NCBI GenBank assembly: GCA_903876815.1
Contig: CAIRBL010000055.1
Span: 1-35,703, forward strand
Direction: 5' to 3'
Length of the DNA: 35,703 nucleotides
Source of the DNA: an uncultured bacterium
GTDB lineage: Bacteria; Patescibacteriota; Patescibacteriia; UBA1558; GWA2-36-10
Below the pieces are notes generated by a model. It did no database searches. It saw nothing but the letters and a program-made list of their open reading frames with translations, and was not told the DNA's origin. The stretch's first letter is position 1. Every line of letters starts with the position of its first letter. Shown here piece by piece: positions 1-7,890 of the stretch. The position numbers were made by a program, and so were the translations under genes.

Positions 1-1057
1 AGAATGGTCCAAAAGATAAAATCAAAATTACCAAGTAGGCCGCTAAGAAAACAAGGAAGATTTTTTTATCTTGCCAAAAGGTTTTTTTGTAAAATTTAGT
101 GATTAAAAAAAGCAGTAAGACAAAAATAAAAGTAAACCCAATAAAAGAGTTGCCATTTTGTAGGGAAAAATTGCCAAACCAAGTGGACCATGAGCCCCAA
201 AGTATATGCCATTGTACAGGACGAAGTAAATTGACGGGATCGGCAAAATATAAACTATCAATGTCTTGTATGGTGGGCGTAGGCATTTGTTGGATAAAGT
301 CTTTTTGTTGCCAGAGTAAAAATATTTTCCAGCTAGCAAGGCTCAAAAAGCCCACTAAGCCCCAAAGTATAAGTTTGAAGTAATGTTTGCCTAAGCTCAA
401 AATTTTTTTAAAATTTATGAAGAGTGAATAAATGACTAGTCCGAAGCTTGCAAAAACAAAAGGATAAAAGTCATTGATAGAAGCACAAGCAAGTACAAGG
501 CCAAGCAAAAGAGCGTGACTAGACTTGTTGCTTTGGCGGAATTTTTCATAAAAATATAAAGTAGCCGGCACAAACCACATTTGCAAAAAATTTTGTGTGC
601 CAAACAGGGCATAGATGCTCCACAGGGGTTGAAAAGCAAAAAGTATACCAGCTAGAAAGGCGATGGATTTTTGAAAATTAAGTAACTGAAAAAATTTATA
701 AGTAAAAAAGGCGCAAACACTGACAGATAATAAATAAACGAGATTAAAACTGAAGACTATGTTATGAGCTAATAGATTTATAATAAAAGTTACAACAGAT
801 GTAAACTGAGAATAGGTATGTAAGCCTAAAGGTGTGTGGTGAGGATAAAAAAGGTAATCAGTGTATAAGGAAAAATTGCCAGCCAGAATATTTTTTTCTA
901 AATGCCAAGCATTCCATAAAAAAATTGGTCCATCACTATCATAGGGGGCGATGATGCTAGTGCTAAAATTTAAAAGTAAAGGAAAAGTTAGTACTAAAAA
1001 AATGATAGCGTAAAGTATAAAAATTAACAGTTCATTTTGTATTTTTTTGTTTAGCAT
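1..1057 (-). CDS. Partial polytopic membrane protein, probable GT-C fold glycosyltransferase (YfhO/ArnT-like); runs off the window start
   Basis: Absent from the ORF track, probably because its stop lies outside the window. Manual translation from ATG 1057: MLNKKIQNELLIFILYAIIFLVLTFPLLLNFSTSIIAPYDSDGPIFLWNAWHLEKNILAGNFSLYTDYLFYPHHTPLGLHTYSQF..., i.e. a TM helix then a DG-x4-WNxW...LFYP loop typical of GT-C enzymes. Confidence 0.7.
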   Translation of the reverse strand, partial: MLNKKIQNELLIFILYAIIFLVLTFPLLLNFSTSIIAPYDSDGPIFLWNAWHLEKNILAGNFSLYTDYLFYPHHTPLGLHTYSQFTSVVTFIINLLAHNIVFSFNLVYLLSVSVCAFFTYKFFQLLNFQKSIAFLAGILFAFQPLWSIYALFGTQNFLQMWFVPATLYFYEKFRQSNKSSHALLLGLVLACASINDFYPFVFASFGLVIYSLFINFKKILSLGKHYFKLILWGLVGFLSLASWKIFLLWQQKDFIQQMPTPTIQDIDSLYFADPVNLLRPVQWHILWGSWSTWFGNFSLQNGNSFIGFTFIFVLLLFLITKFYKKTFWQDKKIFLVFLAAYLVILILSFGPF

Positions 1058-1173
1058 TTGCTTGATTTTTTGAAACCCTCTTCATTATATCAAAAATTAA
1101 TTTTTTCAGCGATTAAAAAATTTCTTGACTTTTTAGGTCGATCCAAGCTAGTCTTTAAAGTAGATAAAATAAT

Positions 1174-1662
1174 ATGCAGGTACCAATTCGAAAAGCAGGT
1201 GAATATTCAGATTTGAGCTTAGATCCAAAAATGACTGAAGCAAAATTTTTGGAATTAAAAACAGATTTACAAAAATTAACAGAAGTCCATAGACCCAAAT
1301 GGATCAAGGAGATGCGTATTGCTGCAAGTGATGGAGATTTTTCTGAAAATGCAAGTTATCAAATCGCCAAAGCAAAACTCAGGGGAGTTAATCAAAAAAT
1401 TACTGATTTAGAAAAGCTCTTGGCTAAAGTAGAGATTATACATTTGGATACAAACAAGTCAGTGGTACAAGTCGGTAGTGTTGTGACGATAGAAAATGGA
1501 GGTAAGCAAAGCACCTATCAAATTTTAGGCTCAGTAGAAACTAATCCAGCGCAAGGTATCATTTCTTTACATTCGCCTTTGGGGCAGGCTTTGCTCGGGC
1601 AAAACTTAGGTGCAGTGGTTTTGGTGAATGATAGAGAATATCAGATTGTAAAAATTGCTTAA
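1174..1662 (+). CDS. greA: Transcription elongation factor GreA/GreB family
   Basis: GDFSENASYQIAK motif and C-terminal ISLHSPLGQALLG motif. Confidence 0.92.
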   Translation: MQVPIRKAGEYSDLSLDPKMTEAKFLELKTDLQKLTEVHRPKWIKEMRIAASDGDFSENASYQIAKAKLRGVNQKITDLEKLLAKVEIIHLDTNKSVVQVGSVVTIENGGKQSTYQILGSVETNPAQGIISLHSPLGQALLGQNLGAVVLVNDREYQIVKIA

Positions 1663-1665
1663 AAA

Positions 1666-1694
1666 CAAAAAACGCCAATAGTTGGCGTTTTTTG
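1666..1694. terminator. Bidirectional intrinsic terminator
   Basis: CAAAAAACGCCAA-TAG-TTGGCGTTTTTTG between convergent greA and the 1705-1827 ORF. Confidence 0.85.
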
Positions 1695-1704
1695 AGGAAA
1701 TAAT

Positions 1705-1827
1705 TTATTTACTGTGTTTCTTTTTAGCTTTTGCTTCGAGCATAGCTTTTTTGATTTCTAGTCTTTTTTTGGTTTTTTTAGAACTAGATTTTTGTGGTCT
1801 ACCGACTGCGTGTAATCTTTTTGCCAT
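1705..1827 (-). CDS. 40-aa highly basic small protein
   Basis: Manual translation MAKRLHAVGRPQKSSSKKTKKRLEIKKAMLEAKAKKKHSK*; fills the gap and ends at the bidirectional terminator. Confidence 0.65.
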   Translation of the reverse strand: MAKRLHAVGRPQKSSSKKTKKRLEIKKAMLEAKAKKKHSK

Positions 1828-1943
1828 AAAAATTTTATATTAATTATAAGCTATTTTAGCTGAATTTATGAATAAAAGCAAGAGATTGATATTTTCAGTC
1901 TTTTGGAGTGGCATTTTTTTAGTCTTTTTGATATCATAATGGC

Positions 1944-3089
1944 ATGAAAAAGCTGTGGTTAATTTTGGTATATGCTTTTGCCATTTTTGGCTTTGTGATG
2001 CTGACTGGTTTTTTAGCAGTGATGTTTGGTTTGACTGATGTAGCCGGCAAGACAGATGAGCATAGCGCAGCTTATAATGATTTTGCTGCCCAAACAAAAG
2101 ATTTATTGGAGCCAGCAGAAGCTGCAAACACTACTAGTACAGATGGCTTGATAGGCAAAATTGATGAGCAAATAGATATTTTGGAAGAAATAAAAACTCG
2201 AGAAAAAGAAAATTTGTGTAAGATATTTGTTGCCTCTCAAACAGCAGATTATAATGCTAAAAATATTTTTGACGCTTACAAAAAATATTCTTCTAGAGAG
2301 TTGTTGGATAAAATGCTTTTTGCGTTGCAACTGAAAAAAGACATGCCAAGCTTTGAGCAACAAACCAAAGAATGTATGGATAAGGGTATTGATGAAAATA
2401 TGCTGTTGGCTCAATTTGTTGAAACGAAAGATGCAAATGTTTTTGTCTGGCAAGACAGTGAGCATTGGCGTATTATCAAAGAAGGTTTAACCCGAGATAA
2501 GGATAAAATAAATGAAGCTGCTAAAATTGCTGGCACAGATCCTAGAGAAATAGCAGCAATAACCATTGTAGAGCAGCTTAGACTTTATTATACTCAACGG
2601 GAATTATTTGAAAAAATATTTAAGCCTTTAAAAATTTTAGCTAGCGCCAATAAAATGGCTTGGGGAATCATGGCCATAAAAGAAAAGACAGCTGTGCAAA
2701 TAGAGGCTAATTTGCAAGATGAAAAATCGCCATATTATTTAGGCAAAGAGCTAGAAAACATTTTGAAGTTTAAAAGCTCTAATACTAGCAATGAAAGATA
2801 TGCGCGTTTGACAAATGAGAAAGATCATTTTTATTCTTATCTCTATGGCGCTTTGTATATCAAACAAATAGAAACTCAGTGGCAATTACAAGGTTTTGAT
2901 ATCAGCGATAGGCCAGAAATTATCGCTACGATTTTTAATATTGGTTTTAAAAATTCTGTACCAAAAGCCAATCCTTTAGTTGGCGGCTCTACGATGAATA
3001 TTTTGGGCCAAACTTATAGTTTTGGAGGATTAGCACATGAGTTTTATTATTCTGGAGAAATGGCAGATGTCTTTCCTTTTGAAAAATAA
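1944..3089 (+). CDS. Membrane-anchored protein with a putative lysozyme-like C-terminal domain
   Basis: N-terminal TM helix; IAAITIVE...WGIMAIK...YGALYIK...ATIFNIG pattern resembles lysozyme/SLT-like folds. Confidence 0.55.
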   Translation: MKKLWLILVYAFAIFGFVMLTGFLAVMFGLTDVAGKTDEHSAAYNDFAAQTKDLLEPAEAANTTSTDGLIGKIDEQIDILEEIKTREKENLCKIFVASQTADYNAKNIFDAYKKYSSRELLDKMLFALQLKKDMPSFEQQTKECMDKGIDENMLLAQFVETKDANVFVWQDSEHWRIIKEGLTRDKDKINEAAKIAGTDPREIAAITIVEQLRLYYTQRELFEKIFKPLKILASANKMAWGIMAIKEKTAVQIEANLQDEKSPYYLGKELENILKFKSSNTSNERYARLTNEKDHFYSYLYGALYIKQIETQWQLQGFDISDRPEIIATIFNIGFKNSVPKANPLVGGSTMNILGQTYSFGGLAHEFYYSGEMADVFPFEK

Positions 3090-3129
3090 AAAAACAACTT
3101 TTTCTTTAAATATCTAAGCAAGCTTTATA

Positions 3130-3158
3130 TTGACTTATATAGTCTTTATTGTTATACT
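3130..3158 (+). promoter_or_regulatory. sigma70 promoter of the tRNA operon
   Basis: TTGACT-17 nt-TATACT with extended TG, 20 nt before tRNA-Arg. Confidence 0.8.
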
Positions 3159-3178
3159 AGGGCTTGTTTTAATGTCCG

Positions 3179-3253
3179 GTCCCTATAGTTCAACGGATAG
3201 AACAGCAGCCTTCTAAGCTGTCAATGTAGGTTCGATTCCTACTGGGGACACCA
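3179..3253 (+). tRNA. tRNA-Arg(TCT)
   Basis: Cloverleaf with GTCCCTA/TGGGGAC acceptor, anticodon loop CT-TCT-AA, TTCGATT T-loop, encoded CCA. Confidence 0.96.
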
Positions 3254-3258
3254 TTTTT

Positions 3259-3306
3259 GCCCTTATAGCTCAGTTGGTACCTGCCTGCCGGCAGGCAGGG
3301 AGCAGT
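3259..3306 (+). pseudogene. Duplicated 5' fragment (nt 1-28) of tRNA-Lys, interrupted by a 20-bp palindrome
   Basis: GCCCTTATAGCTCAGTTGGTA (3259-3279) + GAGCAGT (3300-3306) equals 3561-3588 exactly once 3280-3299 is removed. Confidence 0.9.
3280..3299. repeat. 20-bp perfect palindrome CCTGCCTGCCGGCAGGCAGG (REP-like mini-insertion)
   Basis: Self-complementary; inserted between TA and GA of the tRNA D-loop copy with no target duplication. Confidence 0.9.
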
Positions 3307-3312
3307 AAGTAT

Positions 3313-3570
3313 ATGAAAAACGATTATTATGTGTATGCTATTTATAGCATAAAAAATAGTTCTATTTATGTTGGATTATCTGCTAGTCCTGAAAAAAGAT
3401 TACAAGGGCACAATTATGGGATGACTAAATCAACCAAACCACATCGCCCTTGGGCAATGTTTTACAAAGAAAAAATTGGTGATAGAGTAAACGCTAGAAA
3501 AAAAGAGAAATATTTAAAATCAGGTATAGGTAAAGAATTTTTAAAATCATTATTGCATAAGCCCTTATAG
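3313..3570 (+). CDS. Small GIY-YIG nuclease (UPF0213/YazA-like); stop codon lies inside tRNA-Lys
   Basis: YYVYAIYS...IYVGLS...RLQGHN...TKPHRPW...ARKKEKYLKSGIG; ATG 3313 preferred over the track start at 3274. Confidence 0.9.
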   Translation: MKNDYYVYAIYSIKNSSIYVGLSASPEKRLQGHNYGMTKSTKPHRPWAMFYKEKIGDRVNARKKEKYLKSGIGKEFLKSLLHKPL

Positions 3571-3636
3571 CTCAGTTGGTAGAGCAGTTGCCTCTTAAGC
3601 AAACGGTCGCAGGTTCAAGTCCTGCTGGGGGCACCA
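3561..3636 (+). tRNA. tRNA-Lys(CTT)
   Basis: GCCCTTA/TGGGGGC acceptor, CT-CTT-AA loop, TTCAAGT T-loop, CCA. Confidence 0.95.
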
Positions 3637-3648
3637 TTTGATTTTCAT

Positions 3649-3723
3649 GGTGGCTATAGTTTAGCGGTAGAACAGCGGGTTGTGGTCCCGTTAGTCAGGG
3701 TTCGACTCCCTGTAGCCACCCCA
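3649..3723 (+). tRNA. tRNA-His(GTG) with G-1
   Basis: G-GTGGCTA/TAGCCAC-C acceptor, TT-GTG-GT loop, TTCGACT T-loop, CCA. Confidence 0.96.
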
Positions 3724-5238
3724 TACCATAGGTTTTATAAATTTATGATACCCAACAAATTCCCCTTTTATAAGGGGTTTTTGTATTTCTTGTAAAAGTT
3801 TATAAGGTTCAGTTGGTATGGCTTCGACAATTTCCTGATTTTCAACAATAAACTTTTCCCAAAAGAAATTTAGATAATTTCTCTTGCCCTCAGGCTCACT
3901 CTGTTTATAGCTAGTATAAACATTTTTACTAAACTCAACAAGATCTTCAAACTTACCAATATCAAATTTACTATTAGAGCTTAGACGATTAATTTCAGCC
4001 TCTATTAACTCTAGATCAATGCTAATTTTTTCCGATTGTCTTTTATAGGTCGCTTCTGTAATTTGGCTATTAATTAATAAATCTTCAATACGATTTCTTT
4101 TTTTGGTCAACTCTGCTTTATGATAATTTAATTCAGTAATATGTTTATCATTAGCTTTATGGTAATTATCATAGTAGTATTTTAAACCAATGATCAATTT
4201 ATTAAAAAATTCTTCACTAAAAGTTACTTCTCGAAATTTTTCAGCTACTTGTGCTTCTAAGTCTGCCATTGGCACATTGCGACTTGAGTGGCACTTTTTA
4301 CCTCTGGTGCAGTGATAATAGGCGTAAGTTTTTTTTGATGGTTTGAAATGATACTCAGCCGTAAACCTACGACCACAACTACAAAAAATAAAACCATTAA
4401 GCAAAAAATTGTGTTTTCTCTCGTAGCTTTTTCTGGCAACTCTGACACCTAAAATACTTTGTGCCATTACAAAGGTTTCTTTACTAATGATTGGCTCATG
4501 TTTACCTTTCCAGATTTTTTGATCCCATCGGAAATCGCCATAATAGAAAGGATTTTTTAGCAAATAATAAAATTTACTTAATGCCAATTTACCACCTCGT
4601 TTTCCCCTTAAACCTTTACGGTAAAGTATCTCATTGATATTTTCCGCACCATGGTTACCAGTGACATACATGTCAAAAGCCATTTTAATTAAAGGTACTA
4701 TATTTTTATCAGGGACTATAATTCTGTCGCCATTGTTATTAACAACGTTAGAGTAGCCAAGTGGTGCTAAGCGTGGGTACCAACCACTCAATGCTTTTTC
4801 TTCAAGACCTTTTTTGGTTTTACGACCAGTAAGCCCAGACTGGAAAGCATTAAATCCGGCTAGTATCGTATCTACCATTATGCCCTCTGGCGAGTCATCT
4901 ATAAAAGGTTGCGAGATGGAAATTATTTTGCAATTTAATTTTTTGAAGAAGGCTCTAATCGTAAGATGGTCAAGGGTATTTCTCGCTAAACGATCTGTGT
5001 CTTGGACTAAAACTGCATAAATATTTTTATTATCTTCAATATACTCTTGCATAGCCCGTAAGGCTGGGCGATTGGTGTTAGTGGCAGACTTTCCGGGGTC
5101 TTCAAAGATTTTAATAACTTTTAAATCTTCTCTTTTAGCGTATTCTTGGCAAATTCTCTTTTGCACACTTAAAGAATAGCGATCATCTTGCGCCTGCTCT
5201 TCTGTCGACACTCTTGAATATATTACTGCTTGCTTCAT
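3691..5238 (-). CDS. Large serine recombinase (resolvase + recombinase + zinc-ribbon/coiled-coil domains)
   Basis: YSRVS catalytic motif, DRLARN, APLGY, NPFYYG...GKHEPII, CSCG...YYHC...C; last residues encoded antisense to tRNA-His. Confidence 0.95.
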   Translation of the reverse strand: MKQAVIYSRVSTEEQAQDDRYSLSVQKRICQEYAKREDLKVIKIFEDPGKSATNTNRPALRAMQEYIEDNKNIYAVLVQDTDRLARNTLDHLTIRAFFKKLNCKIISISQPFIDDSPEGIMVDTILAGFNAFQSGLTGRKTKKGLEEKALSGWYPRLAPLGYSNVVNNNGDRIIVPDKNIVPLIKMAFDMYVTGNHGAENINEILYRKGLRGKRGGKLALSKFYYLLKNPFYYGDFRWDQKIWKGKHEPIISKETFVMAQSILGVRVARKSYERKHNFLLNGFIFCSCGRRFTAEYHFKPSKKTYAYYHCTRGKKCHSSRNVPMADLEAQVAEKFREVTFSEEFFNKLIIGLKYYYDNYHKANDKHITELNYHKAELTKKRNRIEDLLINSQITEATYKRQSEKISIDLELIEAEINRLSSNSKFDIGKFEDLVEFSKNVYTSYKQSEPEGKRNYLNFFWEKFIVENQEIVEAIPTEPYKLLQEIQKPLIKGEFVGYHKFIKPMVWGGYRESNPD

Positions 5239-5446
5239 TTTGAGGTATTTTTTGTCTGAAAGGTTATTTATTACCTACAGGCCCACAAACCACGCTTAGA
5301 ACTGCTACAAATGGCTAAGGCGACAAGTTAAAGGAATGGCTGGCTGGTAGGCTAAATTATTATTTTTATAATATAATCCTCTTGAGTTTTAATCTACTAA
5401 AAAATGGTCAATATTGTTTTTGTCCTACTCGGGGGAAACAGAATCC

Positions 5447-5710
5447 GATTTCAAAAAGCGAGTACGGGGGGGATATTTATATAATACCCACCCCGTAAAG
5501 CAGACAGGAGCTTCTGGTAAATCTTTGGGAACGCCTCTAGATTTCAAAAACCTTACTGAAATTATTTTTTGACTCCGGCTTAAAATAAATAGCTTAAATG
5601 CTTAACTATATATTAATTAATATTTATTTAAATAGCATATTAATCTTTAAAAGCAATAACATATGTATTTAAATGCATATAATGTAACTATATATAGTTA
5701 ATATATAAGA
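5447..5710. other. Non-coding origin-like region (replication or transfer)
   Basis: GATTTCAAAAA direct repeats (5447, 5540), 15-bp inverted repeat 5463-5497, very AT-rich 5580-5710 with 16-bp palindrome TAACTATATATAGTTA (5685-5700). Confidence 0.4.
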
Positions 5711-5711
5711 G

Positions 5712-6113
5712 CTAGAATTTTATATCGTCGACATTGACTTCTGGTTCAACGTCAGACTCCTGAGTCATTGACACCGCTGGAGTTGGTGCTTGCTCGCCAA
5801 GTTTTTGTCTATAATACTTATCATTGGCAATCTGATACTCTTTAAAAATTTTGACTTTGACTTGTTGCCAGATCTCTTTGTCATTGATTCTTACCAGCTC
5901 TATCCATTTACCGCCAGCGTTGACAGCAGGTGCTTGGATCCAGACATAATCAGAGGTGTCTCGGTCAAGTTTGTCGGATCTTGTTACCCTAAACCCTTTG
6001 ATTATAAAGCCAAGATACTCAAGTTCTACTGTGGCAAGCAGGATGCCCTCATTTTTTACCTGAAGTCTGTGAACCTTAATGTTCTCGATGTTTATTACTT
6101 TTTCTTCTCTCAT
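5712..6113 (-). CDS. SpoVG-like nucleic-acid-binding protein with an SSB-like acidic tail
   Basis: LLATVELEY.GFIIKGFRV...WIQAPA...WIELV...IFKEY resembles SpoVG; ends EPEVNVDDIKF. Confidence 0.65.
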   Translation of the reverse strand: MREEKVINIENIKVHRLQVKNEGILLATVELEYLGFIIKGFRVTRSDKLDRDTSDYVWIQAPAVNAGGKWIELVRINDKEIWQQVKVKIFKEYQIANDKYYRQKLGEQAPTPAVSMTQESDVEPEVNVDDIKF

Positions 6114-6219
6114 ACTTGTTATTTTTTAAATTGATTAAATGATTTTTAAATAATAAACTAGCCAACCAGTTGATTAGCTCTTCCTCGGGTATTTTTTGTG
6201 GGGTTACTTTTTTAGGCAT
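6076..6219 (-). CDS. 47-aa hypothetical protein
   Basis: MPKKVTPQKIPEEELINWLASLLFK...; overlaps the start of the SpoVG-like gene; ATG 6219 preferred. Confidence 0.4.
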   Translation of the reverse strand: MPKKVTPQKIPEEELINWLASLLFKNHLINLKNNKYERRKSNKHREH

Positions 6220-6323
6220 ATTTTTGTTGGCCTCTACTATATATGGTGAATAATCGTTATAAAACAAAAAAGCCCTTATTTTAAAAGGCTTTAAGCTGTA
6301 TAGAACCGCTAGTGAATTCACCG

Positions 6324-7145
6324 CTATTCAGGAATTAGTTGTATTTTTATTTCATAGCATTTGTTTTGCCTATAAGGGTAGAACGGATCATTAGTTATTC
6401 CGAAGGCATTCCGTAAAGTTTGAGCTAGTAATTGTTTAGATTTTTTAAGCATAGGTGAGGCTAAAGAATCGGACCATGATGTTTTGCCATCGTTTGAAGA
6501 AAGACCCTTAAGGAGCACCCATTGTAAATTTGGCTTTCTTTTTCTTTTGTCCATAAAACCTAGTTGCGCATAGTTAACCTTAATTGTTTTATTTATGCCG
6601 TTTTTATCTATAATAACGTTAACATCATGACCATCAATAAATTTTATTGTGATATTTTCCCAGCTAATATTTTCGGGCAGATCTAATAATTTAACTATTT
6701 CTTCAACTTTCTTTTTTGGTGCGGGAGTTGTTTTTTGAAGAATGTTATCAATTTTTTTGCAATTCAGGTCATTAAAATTAAGGACTAGTAAAAAATATTT
6801 TTCTCCAACATAATCAGTTGCGTGTTCTTTGTGATGTTCCATGGCCTGATAATAATTATCAAGAACTACTGGGTCATATGCTATTTCTAGCTCACTGGGT
6901 TTCTGGGGTTCATTTATATTAGGCTCAGTAACCCTAATAGTTTTGACAGTGAAATTATTTAAAGCGCCACTTTGTGTCAATTTATTTAATATCTCCATGT
7001 AAGCATCGTATATTGCTGATTCATCAATATTGCACAAGACAATCTCAATAATAGGAGCATCGCTGGACGCTGCTTTCTTAATATTGTTCAATAAATTTAA
7101 GACTAGTCGCCTTTTTATATTATTTACATTACTCATGCTAGACAA
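6324..7145 (-). CDS. Hypothetical protein, possible C-terminal DNA-binding domain
   Basis: 273-aa ORF; basic C-terminal half (KRKRKPNLQW...KKSKQLLAQTLR...DPFYPY). Confidence 0.7.
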   Translation of the reverse strand: MSSMSNVNNIKRRLVLNLLNNIKKAASSDAPIIEIVLCNIDESAIYDAYMEILNKLTQSGALNNFTVKTIRVTEPNINEPQKPSELEIAYDPVVLDNYYQAMEHHKEHATDYVGEKYFLLVLNFNDLNCKKIDNILQKTTPAPKKKVEEIVKLLDLPENISWENITIKFIDGHDVNVIIDKNGINKTIKVNYAQLGFMDKRKRKPNLQWVLLKGLSSNDGKTSWSDSLASPMLKKSKQLLAQTLRNAFGITNDPFYPYRQNKCYEIKIQLIPE

Positions 7146-7294
7146 ATTATTTTGTTTGATAGCTAATTATACATTGTACTAAGGTTTTGTATGTTGCCCA
7201 AGGTAAACTAATGAATCTGAAGGTTTTGCGGGCTTGTACGGGTATGTTTAAACCCGAGAAGTATCAAGTTTATAGGTAAACACCTGACCACAGG

Positions 7295-7345
7295 CACCCC
7301 AGCTTATTTTACAACCAAAAAACCACCCTTACAAGGTGGTTTATT
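7295..7345 (+). repeat. att-like site 1: CACCCCA followed by a terminator hairpin
   Basis: CACCCCA equals the tRNA-His 3' end; hairpin AAACCACC-CTTACAA-GGTGGTTT. Confidence 0.6.
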
Positions 7346-7366
7346 AAAATAGTTTTGATATTTGTA

Positions 7367-7555
7367 TTACTGACCATTTCTTAAATATTCACCAGCCATA
7401 GCCCCTACAAGGCAAAATAATAAAAAAACTGTGATTCCTAGAATGATTTTTAACCATTCTGGCGTTTTGATTTCATCTAAAAACTCCGCACTTTTGTTAA
7501 TAGTATGCACAAAACCTATAAAGCATAAAATCATTAGTAGGTAAACATAAAACAT
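7367..7555 (-). CDS. 62-aa two-TM small membrane protein
   Basis: Two hydrophobic stretches in the translation. Confidence 0.6.
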   Translation of the reverse strand: MFYVYLLMILCFIGFVHTINKSAEFLDEIKTPEWLKIILGITVFLLFCLVGAMAGEYLRNGQ

Positions 7556-7601
7556 ATTGTTTTTTTATCAAGTACTTAAGTAGTACTTATTATATTTTAT
7601 T

Positions 7602-7730
7602 AAAACAAAAAGGGCCTTCCGTCGGCGGTAACCATTTCTAGCTACCCTACACCTTTTCAGGCATAGACCACTCACATAGTACCGATCAGAAGACCGTCTT
7701 TATATGTGAGTGGAATTTGTAGCCATGCCT
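7602..7730 (-). ncRNA. Candidate structured RNA with pseudoknot or alternative pairing
   Basis: Helices 7668-7678/7703-7713 (11 bp), 7659-7664/7725-7730, 7627-7633/7640-7646 and 7613-7626/7681-7695; mismatches become G-U only on the minus strand; ends in a U-tract. Confidence 0.55.
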
Positions 7731-7890
7731 CAATAAATTGAAGTTTAGGCCTTAATTTCAGTATTAAATTGTATTTATATTTTAGGTTATTTGGCTAAAA
7801 AAGTCTAGGGTGAATTCTGGTGTGACCATAATGGATACAGTCTTTACTTTTTTGATAGAAAGTTAGATAATTACCTTATAAAATTTAATT

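Larger units (their letters stand above)
3717..7301. mobile_element. About 3.6-kb integrative element at the tRNA-His 3' end (core CACCCCA)
   Basis: Recombinase abuts the tRNA; CACCCCA at 3717-3723 recurs at 7295-7301 followed by a terminator; all internal genes are on the minus strand. Confidence 0.65.

Noticed and set aside
99-639. Short track ORFs 99-383, 103-339 and 436-639
   Set aside because: Off-frame or antisense shadows of the partial minus-strand gene starting at 1057
3274-3312. N-terminal extension MVPACRQAG of the GIY-YIG ORF
   Set aside because: It is simply the translation of the tRNA fragment and palindrome; ATG 3313 gives a normal-length protein
3259-3636. Group I intron with homing endonuclease in tRNA-Lys
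   Set aside because: The downstream tRNA is complete on its own and there is no room for an intron core
5279-5288. AGGCCCACAA resembling the att-like sites
   Set aside because: Lacks the full ACCCCA and any following terminator; too short to support
5304-7725. Short matches between the candidate RNA and tRNA-His (TGTAGCCA, 3711 and 7718) or the LSR leader (GCTACAAAT, 5304), suggesting RNA guidance or antisense control
   Set aside because: 8-9 nt matches are expected by chance; only covariation in homologs would make them credible
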